Below are positions 8,595 to 17,855 of a DNA stretch of 63,271 nt, piece after piece. The translations under genes and the position numbers were made by a program. The notes under the pieces were generated by a model. The model saw nothing but the letters and a program-made list of their open reading frames with translations. It searched no databases and was not told the origin of the DNA. Within the stretch, counting starts at the first letter, position 1. Every line of letters starts with the position of its first letter. The stretch comes from a virus (taxonomy: Duplodnaviria; Caudoviricetes). The stretch is taken from IMG/VR virus record IMGVR_UViG_3300008459_009572, positions 1 to 63,271 of that record. One strand, written 5' to 3'.

Positions 8595-11171
8595 ATGTAT
8601 CAAGCAATCTACTACGACGGGAAACCGAATTACAAATTTCATGTGCGCGATGATAAGAAGGGATGGAGTGAATTTCAATACACTATTCCTCGCTATCAAA
8701 TAGATGATAATGGTCAATTTCCAACCTTAGATGGTAAACGTGCAAAAGCAGTTACCAAATATGAATGGAATGATAATCATCTATATGAATCAGATATTGA
8801 TCGCTTAACAGCAGTATTAATTGATAAGTATAAAGATAGCGATGACACTCCTGAATGGCACAATATAGTTTACTTTGATATTGAGTGTGAAATTGGTGGT
8901 GCATTAACTGCTGAATACATCAAATCAGCACCGATGAAAATCACCTCTATCTCAGTTTATGATGCTACAGGTAAAAAATATTACTGTTTAATATTAGATG
9001 AAAAAAAACAATTACAAGCAGTAAATGAAGCTGATAAGCAGGTAGTACCTTGCTCTAATGAAGAGGAATTATTATCATTGTTCCTTACATTATGGGAAAC
9101 AATTGATCCAACTATTATTACAGGATGGAATAGTGGATTCTTTGACGTTCCTTATCTATATTATAGGTTATGTAATGTATTAGGATCAAGTGAGGCAGCT
9201 CGTTTATCTCCACTTCGTAAATTTAAATTTACTGAATGGGATACAGCTCAGCCAATTGAAATAGCAGGTATTAATCATCTTGATTATTTACTATTATATA
9301 AAAAATACAATCCTAAAAACGAACCATCTTATAAACTAGGTGATATAGGAACCAAATACGTTAAATTAGGTAAGATAGAATATGAAGGTAATTTAGATCG
9401 TTTATTTAAAGAGGATGTAAGTAAGTATATTGAGTATAACCTTCGTGACGTAGAGATTATTATTGAATTAGAAAAGAAATTTAAATTTATTGAATTAACA
9501 GTTGCTATCTGTCATTTGTGTCATGTGCCTTATGAAATGATTTATTTATCAACTGTATTAAACGATGGAGCTATATTAACTTACCTAAAACGCAATAATA
9601 TAGTTTCACCAAATAAACCTACAACTACAAACCCATCACTTAAAGAAGCACATGAAGAATATGCTGGTGGTTATCTTAAAGATCCTGTTCCTGGGTTGTA
9701 TGAGTGGGTTATTGATTTAGACTTTACCTCACTATATCCTTCAATTATTAGATCACTTAATATTGGAATTGAAACATTTGTAGGTCGTGTTGTAAATAAA
9801 GATAAATATGATAATAATTGGACATTAGATGATTTAAAGCAAATGGATCCTAATGATACAATTACTATTGAAAAACTAACTGAAAAACGTACTACACAAC
9901 AAGCAGTAGTAAAAGTAGGAACATTAATTGCTCTTATTGAAGATAACAATTGGATGATTGCTGCTTCGGGTGCTATGTTTAGAACAGACCGCACCTCAGT
10001 AGTATGTGATGTATTAACTGATTGGTTTAATAAACGTGTTGAATATAAAAACCTGATGAAAAAAGCATACAAATCAGGTGATGCTGTTAAAGGTGAATTC
10101 TATAATCGTAGACAACATGCTTATAAAATTAAACTAAATGACGTTTATGGTTGTTATGCTATTAATGGTTGGAGATATACTGATGGACATAAAATGCTAT
10201 CTAAAGCAATCACATTAACAGGCCAACGATTAGACCAAGAATCAATTAAGTTTGTTAATAGATGGATGAATGAACAACTTAGTACCGAAGATAAAGATTA
10301 TGTTGTAACAGCAGATACTGATTCTCTTTTTATTCACGTTAAAGACCTAGTATTACAACGCCACCCAGAAACCAAAACTAAAGATGAATATATTAAAGCA
10401 GTATTAGAAATTGCTACTGAAATACAAAAAGCAGCAAATGATTACATTGATAACTTTACTAAAACTGCTTTTAATGTTAAAGAACGTTCTCATTACTTTG
10501 AATTAAAGCAAGAGGTAATTATTGAAAGGGGCTACTTTGCAGGTAAAAGACGTTATGCAATGTATATTGTAAATAAAGAAGGTGTTACTGTTGAAGAGCT
10601 AGATATGAAAGGACTAGATTTGATGAAATCAAATATGACTCCAATGTATTCTAAATTTGGAGAAAAATTACTTCAAGACATTATGTTTGGTAAATCTAAA
10701 GTAGAAATTGATCAACAAATAATTGATTTTAAGAAGCATATTAAAAATATTCCTATTGAAGAGGTAGCTAAACCAACAGGAGTAAAAAACATAGAATCAT
10801 ATATTGAACGTGCTCCTAAAGCAGGTGAAATATTTAGTACATTAAAATTAAAATGTCCTATTAATACTAAAGCAGCTATCTACTACAATGATCTACTTAA
10901 ATTTAGAAAGGTGGATAAGCAATATCCTCGTTTTACCGTCGGGGATAAAATGAAGTATATTCAATTAAAAACAAACCCATATGGAATTGATGTAATTGGA
11001 TTTACAGGTAATGATCCTGATTTTATAGTTAAGTTGATTGATGAATTTGCTGATAGAGAAGAGGGATTCGAATCAACACTACTAAATAAATTAAAAGGTA
11101 TTTATGAGGATTTAGGATGGAATTTTCCCTCATTAAATGATAAAGTTAATAAATTTTTTAAATTCGTATAA
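8595..11171 (+). CDS. Family B DNA polymerase (T4 gp43-like)
   Basis: Exo motifs FDIE, GWNSGFFD, YNLRDV; pol motifs DFTSLYPS, KxxxNDVYG, DTDS, KRRYA. Confidence 0.95.
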   Translation: MYQAIYYDGKPNYKFHVRDDKKGWSEFQYTIPRYQIDDNGQFPTLDGKRAKAVTKYEWNDNHLYESDIDRLTAVLIDKYKDSDDTPEWHNIVYFDIECEIGGALTAEYIKSAPMKITSISVYDATGKKYYCLILDEKKQLQAVNEADKQVVPCSNEEELLSLFLTLWETIDPTIITGWNSGFFDVPYLYYRLCNVLGSSEAARLSPLRKFKFTEWDTAQPIEIAGINHLDYLLLYKKYNPKNEPSYKLGDIGTKYVKLGKIEYEGNLDRLFKEDVSKYIEYNLRDVEIIIELEKKFKFIELTVAICHLCHVPYEMIYLSTVLNDGAILTYLKRNNIVSPNKPTTTNPSLKEAHEEYAGGYLKDPVPGLYEWVIDLDFTSLYPSIIRSLNIGIETFVGRVVNKDKYDNNWTLDDLKQMDPNDTITIEKLTEKRTTQQAVVKVGTLIALIEDNNWMIAASGAMFRTDRTSVVCDVLTDWFNKRVEYKNLMKKAYKSGDAVKGEFYNRRQHAYKIKLNDVYGCYAINGWRYTDGHKMLSKAITLTGQRLDQESIKFVNRWMNEQLSTEDKDYVVTADTDSLFIHVKDLVLQRHPETKTKDEYIKAVLEIATEIQKAANDYIDNFTKTAFNVKERSHYFELKQEVIIERGYFAGKRRYAMYIVNKEGVTVEELDMKGLDLMKSNMTPMYSKFGEKLLQDIMFGKSKVEIDQQIIDFKKHIKNIPIEEVAKPTGVKNIESYIERAPKAGEIFSTLKLKCPINTKAAIYYNDLLKFRKVDKQYPRFTVGDKMKYIQLKTNPYGIDVIGFTGNDPDFIVKLIDEFADREEGFESTLLNKLKGIYEDLGWNFPSLNDKVNKFFKFV

Positions 11172-11509
11172 TGTATATATTAAAAGGTTTTATATTTGGT
11201 TTACTTGCTCAAATACTTACATTTCTTCAACTACAAGGACAAATGAAGTATGAATGGTTTAAAAACAATACTCTTATAATAGCATGTTTAGGAATACCAA
11301 TATCATTACTATTCATGTATTCAGTAAAAAATCTTGTATTAGCATATGATGGTGCTATATGGCCATCTCGCTTAATTGGATTTGGAATAGGAGTAGTAAC
11401 ATTTGCTCTTATGTCACATTTTATGTTTAGAGAACCTATAACAACTAAAACTCTTATTTGTTTGGGCTTAGGAGTTTGCATAATTTTAGTACAACTATTT
11501 TGGAAATAA
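11171..11509 (+). CDS. Small multi-TM membrane protein (DMT/SMR-like topology)
   Basis: About four hydrophobic helices, FREP motif. Confidence 0.55.
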   Translation: MYILKGFIFGLLAQILTFLQLQGQMKYEWFKNNTLIIACLGIPISLLFMYSVKNLVLAYDGAIWPSRLIGFGIGVVTFALMSHFMFREPITTKTLICLGLGVCIILVQLFWK

Positions 11510-11510
11510 T

Positions 11511-12242
11511 ATGGAAAAACAATTATTAGTATCAGTTATTGAAAAGTATTACCTAAACGGAATACACGAGAAAGTAAAATGGACAATTAAAGATAAAAAA
11601 GTACAGATACTGTTTACATCTGCAACTAAAGATCTAGCAGGATCGGTTGAAGCAGATAATTTTGATCTTGAAGATTGTACATTGGGAATTTATGATACAA
11701 ATAAACTCCTTAAATTAATCGGTATTACAAATCAATTCGTTCAATTAAATGTTGAAACTAAAAATGGTACTTCAACTAAATTGAATATTGCTGATCAAGA
11801 ATATGATTTGACTTATCACCTTGCTGATTTGAGAATGATGCCTATGGAAACAATGGTGTTAGATGAATCTCAAATTACATTTAATTATTCATTCAATATT
11901 GATTCTGAATTTATTGAGCGATATAATAAAGCAAAGAAAGCATTAGGTAGTGATGAGGTAAGAATACAAGCATTATTTAATGATGAAGGTGATAAAGGTA
12001 TTTATTTTACATTAGGTGGTAAAACATCACATGATGATAAAATTAGTTTCCAAACACCAAATGCTGAAATGGAATTACCATCCCAAGAATATCAATATAA
12101 TGCTAATTACTTATTTGAGATATTTACAGAAAATAAGGGAGCAGAAGGAGTAGGTTATTTTGATGAGAATGGTATTTTAAAATTAGAATTCAACACAGAA
12201 GATTCTATCAAAAGCTTATATTATCTCCCACCGAAAAATTAA
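11511..12242 (+). CDS. Sliding clamp (gp45/PCNA-like)
   Basis: Size, acidic composition, GIYDTNKLL motif, position between PolB and clamp loaders. Confidence 0.65.
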   Translation: MEKQLLVSVIEKYYLNGIHEKVKWTIKDKKVQILFTSATKDLAGSVEADNFDLEDCTLGIYDTNKLLKLIGITNQFVQLNVETKNGTSTKLNIADQEYDLTYHLADLRMMPMETMVLDESQITFNYSFNIDSEFIERYNKAKKALGSDEVRIQALFNDEGDKGIYFTLGGKTSHDDKISFQTPNAEMELPSQEYQYNANYLFEIFTENKGAEGVGYFDENGILKLEFNTEDSIKSLYYLPPKN

Positions 12243-12259
12243 TCCGTATATATTTATGG

Positions 12260-12284
12260 TTGAAGATACATGACAGGTCTTCAA
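12260..12284. repeat. Inverted-repeat element upstream of hsp20
   Basis: TTGAAGA-N11-TCTTCAA; 12260..12282 is the reverse complement of 12758..12779 with a 1-nt indel. Confidence 0.85.
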
Positions 12285-12331
12285 ATTATTAATTAACCCG
12301 CTTACCTTCGGGAAGCACAAAAGTGAACATT

Positions 12332-12745
12332 ATGACACAATTAGCACATTGGGGCATTGATCCCTTCGACATTGTTTGGAAAAACTTTTTAAATTCCAAC
12401 TCAACATTTAACACATTCCAAGAAAAAATCAACTATCCAGTTGATATTTATGAAACAGAAACAGGTTTACGATTTGAACTTGCAGTAGTAGGACTTGACA
12501 AATCAGATATAGATATTTTAGTAGAGTCCGATGTATTAAGAATTACCCACGATAAACAAATAACAGAAGAAACAGAAAAGTCTTACCTACAAAGAGGTAT
12601 TGCTCGTCGTTCTTTTGATTTAGCATGGAAAATAGCTTCTAAATTTAATTTATCTAAATTAGATGCTAGATTAGATAAAGGCTTGCTTATTATAGATATT
12701 CCTTATGCAGAGGAAAAAGCACCAAAAAAAGTTACGATTAAATAA
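12332..12745 (+). CDS. Small heat-shock protein (Hsp20/IbpA family)
   Basis: YPVDIYE, ELAVVG, YLQRGIARRSF, LDKGLLIIDIP; alternative GTG start at 12323. Confidence 0.92.
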   Translation: MTQLAHWGIDPFDIVWKNFLNSNSTFNTFQEKINYPVDIYETETGLRFELAVVGLDKSDIDILVESDVLRITHDKQITEETEKSYLQRGIARRSFDLAWKIASKFNLSKLDARLDKGLLIIDIPYAEEKAPKKVTIK

Positions 12746-12747
12746 GT

Positions 12748-12779
12748 TTTGAAAATCGAAGACCTGTCATTATCTTCAA
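12748..12779 (+). promoter_or_regulatory. Putative groES-groEL promoter overlapping the inverted-repeat partner of 12260..12282
   Basis: TTTG-N19-TATCTTCA; contains GAAGACCTGTCATTATCTTCAA. Confidence 0.6.
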
Positions 12780-12802
12780 TTTTTAAATTTTAAAATTATA
12801 AT

Positions 12803-13093
12803 ATGAAGATAAAACCACTGCACAACCACGTTGTGATTAAACAACAAGACGAAACTGAAACAATGTATGGAAACATTGTAGTACCTGATATGGGTAAAGA
12901 AAAACCACTTATGGGAGAAGTAGTAGCTGTAGGACCTGGATTTTATTCGGTTACAGGAACCTTTATTGAAAATAAAATTCAAGTAGGTGAAACAGTAGTA
13001 TTTCCTGCCTTTGGTGGAACTAAAATGACTATTGATGGAGAAGAATATGTTGTAATGAAAGAATCTGATTTGTTGGCAATTTTAGAAAAATAA
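12803..13093 (+). CDS. groES: Co-chaperonin GroES
   Basis: IKPLHNHVV, GEVVAVGPG, ESDLLAIL. Confidence 0.95.
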   Translation: MKIKPLHNHVVIKQQDETETMYGNIVVPDMGKEKPLMGEVVAVGPGFYSVTGTFIENKIQVGETVVFPAFGGTKMTIDGEEYVVMKESDLLAILEK

Positions 13094-13096
13094 ACT

Positions 13097-14707
13097 ATGA
13101 GTAAAATAATAAAATTTGATCGCGACGCGAAAGAAAAATTACAAGTCGGTATTAAAAAAGTACACGATGCTGTAACAGTAACAATGGGTCCTTTTGGACG
13201 CAATGTACTAATTGAAAAAGAACATGGGCAAGTAGCATCAACCAAGGATGGTGTTACAGTTGCTAAAACTATCACATTAGAAGATCCAATTGAAAATATG
13301 GCTGCAACCGTAATTAAACAAGCAGCTCAAAAAACAGTTGATCAAGCAGGTGATGGTACAACAACCTCTACTTTGTTAGCATATAGTATTGCTAATCAAG
13401 CACTTGAGTTAACCTCTAAACCATCAGTTAATGTTACTCAAGTAAAAAAAGGTATTGAAGAAGCAGTTAAAAATGTAGTTGCTGAATTAAAATCAATGTC
13501 TGTAGATATTACTGATGAAAAGCAAATTAAACAAATTGCTACTCTATCAGCTAATGGTGATGAGGAAATTGGAGAATTAGTTGCTACAGCAATTGATAAA
13601 GTAGGAAGAGACGGAATTGTAACAGTAGAAGAATCACGTTCAGGTGAAACTGAACTTGAGGTAGTAGAAGGTCTTCAATTTGATCGTGGTTATAAATCAC
13701 CTTATATGGTGACAGATAACAACACAATGCAAGCTATTTTAAATGATGCCTTTGTATTATTGTATGATGGTCGTTTAAGTGCAGTAAAGGATTTACTTCC
13801 TGTACTTGAGCGTGTATCCTCTGATAATAAAGCATTATTAGTTGTAGCTGAAGATATTGATGGTGAGGCACTATCTACTCTTATTGTAAATAAAATGAGA
13901 GGTATCTTAAAAGTAGCTGCTGTTAAAGCACCTGATTTTGGTGATCGTAGAACATTAATTTTAGAAGACATTGCTACAGTTACAGGTGGTACTGTAATTT
14001 CACCTACTAAAGGAATGAAATTAGAACGCTTTAATATGGAGTGGTTAGGTAAAGCTAGAACAATTACTGTAGGTAAAGATACAACTACAATTGTAGATGG
14101 TAAAGGCAGTGAAGATAAAATTAATGATCGTATTTTAGAGCTCAAATCTCAGATTGAACAAGCAACTTCACCATATGAAATTGAACGTTTACAAGACCGT
14201 TTAGCTAAGATTGTTGGTGGTGTAGCTATTATTAATGTAGGTGGGGGAACTGAGGTTGAGATGAAAGAAAAGAAAGATCGCATTGATGATGCTTTACAAG
14301 CAACAAAAGCAGCACTTGAAGAAGGTATTCTACCAGGTGCTGGTATGGCTTTATTTAGAGCTAAAAATGCAATTAATGATAGAGATAATAGTGATACTGG
14401 ATTAGGAGGACAAATTGTATTTAAAGCTTGTTCAACCCCACTTAATAAAATCTTAACCAATGCTGGCGAAGATTATCATGAATGGTCTTCTATTCTAAAG
14501 GATAAAAATGCAGTTCCTGATATTAAAGGAGATAGAACAGTAGATGCTTTTAAATCAGGTATTATTGATCCAACTAAAGTAGTACGTTGTGCACTTGAAA
14601 ATGCGGCTCATGCTGCTGTTACACTTCTAATGACTGAATGTGTAATACATGATAAACCAACTGAAAAAAAGAAAGATGAGGTTGATTTGTCACAATTTGG
14701 AATGTAA
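13097..14707 (+). CDS. groEL: Chaperonin GroEL
   Basis: TMGPFGRNV, TKDGVTVAK, AGDGTTT, FDRGY, GIIDPTKV. Confidence 0.97.
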   Translation: MSKIIKFDRDAKEKLQVGIKKVHDAVTVTMGPFGRNVLIEKEHGQVASTKDGVTVAKTITLEDPIENMAATVIKQAAQKTVDQAGDGTTTSTLLAYSIANQALELTSKPSVNVTQVKKGIEEAVKNVVAELKSMSVDITDEKQIKQIATLSANGDEEIGELVATAIDKVGRDGIVTVEESRSGETELEVVEGLQFDRGYKSPYMVTDNNTMQAILNDAFVLLYDGRLSAVKDLLPVLERVSSDNKALLVVAEDIDGEALSTLIVNKMRGILKVAAVKAPDFGDRRTLILEDIATVTGGTVISPTKGMKLERFNMEWLGKARTITVGKDTTTIVDGKGSEDKINDRILELKSQIEQATSPYEIERLQDRLAKIVGGVAIINVGGGTEVEMKEKKDRIDDALQATKAALEEGILPGAGMALFRAKNAINDRDNSDTGLGGQIVFKACSTPLNKILTNAGEDYHEWSSILKDKNAVPDIKGDRTVDAFKSGIIDPTKVVRCALENAAHAAVTLLMTECVIHDKPTEKKKDEVDLSQFGM

Positions 14708-14727
14708 TTTGATACAAAATAATAGTT

Positions 14728-15648
14728 ATGAAGCAACACTCACTTTGGATCGAGAAATATAGATCACAAACATTAGAACAATACATAGGTAACGATGCGG
14801 TTAAAGACCGCATCGCTACTTGTATTGCATCAAACGATATACCCCATTTCTTATTTGCTGGCACTGCAGGCACCGGAAAGACTACCCTCGCGAAACTAAT
14901 TGTAAAGAACATCAAATGTGATTATCTTTACATTAATGCCAGCGATGAGAATGGGATTGATATTATCAGAGATAAAGTAAAAGGATTTGCATCTACATCA
15001 ACATTCCAACCTCTTAAGGTTGTTATTTTAGATGAGGCTGATTTTTTAACCCAACCAGCACAAGCAGCACTTCGTAATTTGATTGAGGAGTATTCAATTA
15101 CAACTCGATTTATACTTACTTGTAATTATATCGAGCGTTTAATTGATCCAATTCAATCACGTTGTGAAGTACATATTTTAAAACCACCATCTAAAGGTGA
15201 TGTAGCAAGACATATTTGCACTAGTATTTTAGATGTTGAAGGTGTAAAATATGATATGAAAGATATTGCTCAAGTAGTTAATAGTTTTTACCCTGATGTT
15301 AGATCAATTATAAAAACATTACAACAAAATACTAAGAGTAATGAATTAATAATTACTACTTTAGATGATAATTGGTGTAAACAATTAATCCAAATACTAA
15401 AAAAACGCGATAAAGACGCTTGGTATCAAGTTCGCCAACTTGTAGCAGACGCTCAAGTAGATGATTTTCAAGTAGCTTATAAGTATATGTTTGAGCAACT
15501 ACCTGAATTTAGCTACGGACACGATGCCGAATTATCAGTTGTACTAGATGAACATATTTGGAGAGCAGGTGTAGTGCCAGATAAAGAAATTAACTTTGCA
15601 GCTGCAATAGCAAAAATATTAGAAACAACTAAAAAACAAGTAATATGA
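14728..15648 (+). CDS. Clamp loader AAA+ subunit (RFC small / gp44-like)
   Basis: WIEKYR, GTAGTGKTT, INASDE, LDEAD, SRC motif. Confidence 0.95.
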   Translation: MKQHSLWIEKYRSQTLEQYIGNDAVKDRIATCIASNDIPHFLFAGTAGTGKTTLAKLIVKNIKCDYLYINASDENGIDIIRDKVKGFASTSTFQPLKVVILDEADFLTQPAQAALRNLIEEYSITTRFILTCNYIERLIDPIQSRCEVHILKPPSKGDVARHICTSILDVEGVKYDMKDIAQVVNSFYPDVRSIIKTLQQNTKSNELIITTLDDNWCKQLIQILKKRDKDAWYQVRQLVADAQVDDFQVAYKYMFEQLPEFSYGHDAELSVVLDEHIWRAGVVPDKEINFAAAIAKILETTKKQVI

Positions 15649-15884
15649 GTCAAGAACAAATGAATTTAAATATCACATTAGACAAAACTACAGCTGTAAT
15701 TTGTAGTGGGTGTGAAGGAGAAGTATTCACAGATAGTGTTATGCTTAGAAAAGCATCCCGTTTTATTACAGGTACAGCCCAAGATGCCCTTATCCCTATC
15801 CAGGTATTTTCTTGTGTTAAATGTGGTCATGTAAATGAAGAATTTCTTCCTTCCCAATTAAGAAACAATGCTGAAAATATTTAA
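15645..15884 (+). CDS. Hypothetical Zn-ribbon protein
   Basis: CSGC...CVKC. Confidence 0.65.
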   Translation: MSQEQMNLNITLDKTTAVICSGCEGEVFTDSVMLRKASRFITGTAQDALIPIQVFSCVKCGHVNEEFLPSQLRNNAENI

Positions 15885-16113
15885 TCGATATAAAATGAAA
15901 TCACAAGAACTACAAGCTGAAAATGATGCTTTAAAAGCACAAGTAATGGGTTTAGCATTTAATCTTAAAGTAGCAGAGGAAAAACTACAGGCTGCACAAA
16001 TGCAAATACAAAATCTAGCTGCTAAAAACGACAGTTTGGCTAGCGAAGTAAGACATCTTAATATGTTGGCTATGACTTCTAATAATAATAAAAACGACTC
16101 AAGATATTACTAA
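15868..16113 (+). CDS. Hypothetical coiled-coil protein (start may be 15895)
   Basis: Heptad-rich ORF filling the gap. Confidence 0.55.
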   Translation: MLKIFNRYKMKSQELQAENDALKAQVMGLAFNLKVAEEKLQAAQMQIQNLAAKNDSLASEVRHLNMLAMTSNNNKNDSRYY

Positions 16114-16484
16114 TGAATATATTTGATCATCTTAAAAATATTACTACTAATAAGGGATCATACTTAGGAGATGAAGGATGGAACAACTGGATGATTAATC
16201 GTTATCTTAGTATGGATCCTGATTATTGTGAAGTAGTTAATTATGTTCAAAAGAATACTTGGCAAATGAAAGGAGAGTATTTATATAACCTATATAAGGA
16301 TCTTATTCCTAAACAATATAAATTTCTTAAATACATTAAAGCTAAGAATAAAAAGGAATATAAAGTTGATCAAGTAGAAGCAGTAGCTACTTATTTTGAA
16401 ATTAGTAAAAAGGAAGCTAAACAGTATATTGATATGCTTTCTAAAGATGAATTAGAAAATATAATACTACAAATCAATGGATAA
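16113..16484 (+). CDS. Clamp loader subunit A (gp62-like)
   Basis: FDHLKNI, WMINRYLS, IPKQYKFLKYIK, YFEISKKEA. Confidence 0.75.
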   Translation: MNIFDHLKNITTNKGSYLGDEGWNNWMINRYLSMDPDYCEVVNYVQKNTWQMKGEYLYNLYKDLIPKQYKFLKYIKAKNKKEYKVDQVEAVATYFEISKKEAKQYIDMLSKDELENIILQING

Positions 16485-16698
16485 AAAATTAGATTCAATA
16501 GTAACTTCAATCATTAGACAGTTTGAAGAACGTTCTGCTAAAGGTAAAGCAAAATATGGTGTTGATTTAGATCGTACTGATTTAGATTTACTAGATTGGA
16601 TTGAGCATGCTAAACAAGAACATATGGATGCTATTTTATATTTAGAAAAAATTAAACAAGAATATATAGCAAGTGGCAGCCAAGAAAAAATTATCTGA
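16477..16698 (+). CDS. Conserved phage protein (KYG..LDRTDL family, all-alpha NTP-PPase-like)
   Basis: GKAKYGVDLDRTDL..DWIEHAKQEHMDAILY. Confidence 0.6.
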   Translation: MDKKLDSIVTSIIRQFEERSAKGKAKYGVDLDRTDLDLLDWIEHAKQEHMDAILYLEKIKQEYIASGSQEKII

Positions 16699-17620
16699 TA
16701 TTGAGTTAAAAATTAAAAACTATCAGCCTCCCGAAATAAATCATGCTTTTCAAAGAAGCATTTCTTATTCTCAATATTCAATGTGGGCATCTTGTCCTCA
16801 TAAGTGGTATCTTACTTATGTAGAGAATAAACAACCATATCAAGCTAGTATTCATACTGTGTTTGGTACTGCATTTCATGAAACACTACAATCATATATT
16901 ACTACAATGTATGAAGAAAGTGGAGCAGCAGCTGATAAAATGGATTTAGAAGTATTATTTCAATCCAAATTCTCAGAAATATATTCTAAAGAATACAAAG
17001 CAGCAGGTGCACATTTTAGTAATGCTGAGGAATTAGGTGGATTTTTTGATGATGGAATCGCTATACTAAATTGGATAAAGAAAAATCGTAATAAAATCTT
17101 TACCATACGTAGGATGCGCTTATTAGGGATAGAATTGCCCCTATTATTAAAAGTACAAAATAATTTATTCTACAAAGCATTCATTGATTTTGCTTTATAT
17201 GATGAAGACCTAGATAAAATTTATATATATGACATCAAAACATCAACCAGAGGTTGGACAGACAATGACAAAAGAGACGATGCTAAAATTGCTCAAGTCT
17301 TGTTATACAAGCAGTACTTTGCGAACCAATTTAATGTTGACGTGGAAAAGATCGAAGTTGAATTCTTCATTGTTAAACGTAAAATCTACGAACAATCAGA
17401 ATATCCAATCCCAAGAGTTCAATCCTTCAAACCAGCAAGTGGAAAAAATAAACGAAAACAAGTAATAGATAGCTTTCAAGCTTTTATTAGTGATTGTTTT
17501 GATGATATTGGTAAGCCAAAAATAAAGTCGTATCTTAAAAATGTAGGTGAAAAATCATGCAAATGGTGTCCCTACAACGAAAAACAAGATCTTTGTAATA
17601 AAATGCATTCTTCTATATAA
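16673..17620 (+). CDS. PD-(D/E)XK exonuclease, Cas4/RecB-like with Fe-S cysteines
   Basis: SYSQ..CPHKW, FGTAFH, FIDF...YDIKTS, Q..LY, CKWCPY...C. Confidence 0.85.
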   Translation: MAAKKKLSDIELKIKNYQPPEINHAFQRSISYSQYSMWASCPHKWYLTYVENKQPYQASIHTVFGTAFHETLQSYITTMYEESGAAADKMDLEVLFQSKFSEIYSKEYKAAGAHFSNAEELGGFFDDGIAILNWIKKNRNKIFTIRRMRLLGIELPLLLKVQNNLFYKAFIDFALYDEDLDKIYIYDIKTSTRGWTDNDKRDDAKIAQVLLYKQYFANQFNVDVEKIEVEFFIVKRKIYEQSEYPIPRVQSFKPASGKNKRKQVIDSFQAFISDCFDDIGKPKIKSYLKNVGEKSCKWCPYNEKQDLCNKMHSSI

Positions 17621-17650
17621 TCGTATATATTTATATTCAAATATATTATT

Positions 17651-17845
17651 ATGGGAAACAAAATGCAATTAACAAGCGTGAAAGTTCCTGAAGATTTGTT
17701 TGAGCAATTTAAAATTGCTTGTGTTAAATATAAATTTAGTGTTCAAAAATTAACAGAGCGCTCTATGTACTTATATTTAACTAGCGAAGAATTCAGAAAA
17801 AATATTCACAATCAATTAGACACACAATTTACAGGAAGTATTTAA
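17651..17845 (+). CDS. Small ribbon-helix-helix-like DNA-binding protein
   Basis: LTSVKVPEDLFEQFKIAC strand-helix pattern. Confidence 0.55.
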   Translation: MGNKMQLTSVKVPEDLFEQFKIACVKYKFSVQKLTERSMYLYLTSEEFRKNIHNQLDTQFTGSI

Positions 17846-17855
17846 AAACAGTTAC

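Noticed and set aside
8595-11171. Intein or intron in PolB (also checked thyA, clamp loader, GroEL)
   Set aside because: Reading frames are continuous and of normal length, with no splicing motifs
16673-17620. Cas4-like nuclease as a sign of a CRISPR system
   Set aside because: No repeat-spacer array or other cas genes seen; stand-alone Cas4-like exonucleases are common in phage replication modules
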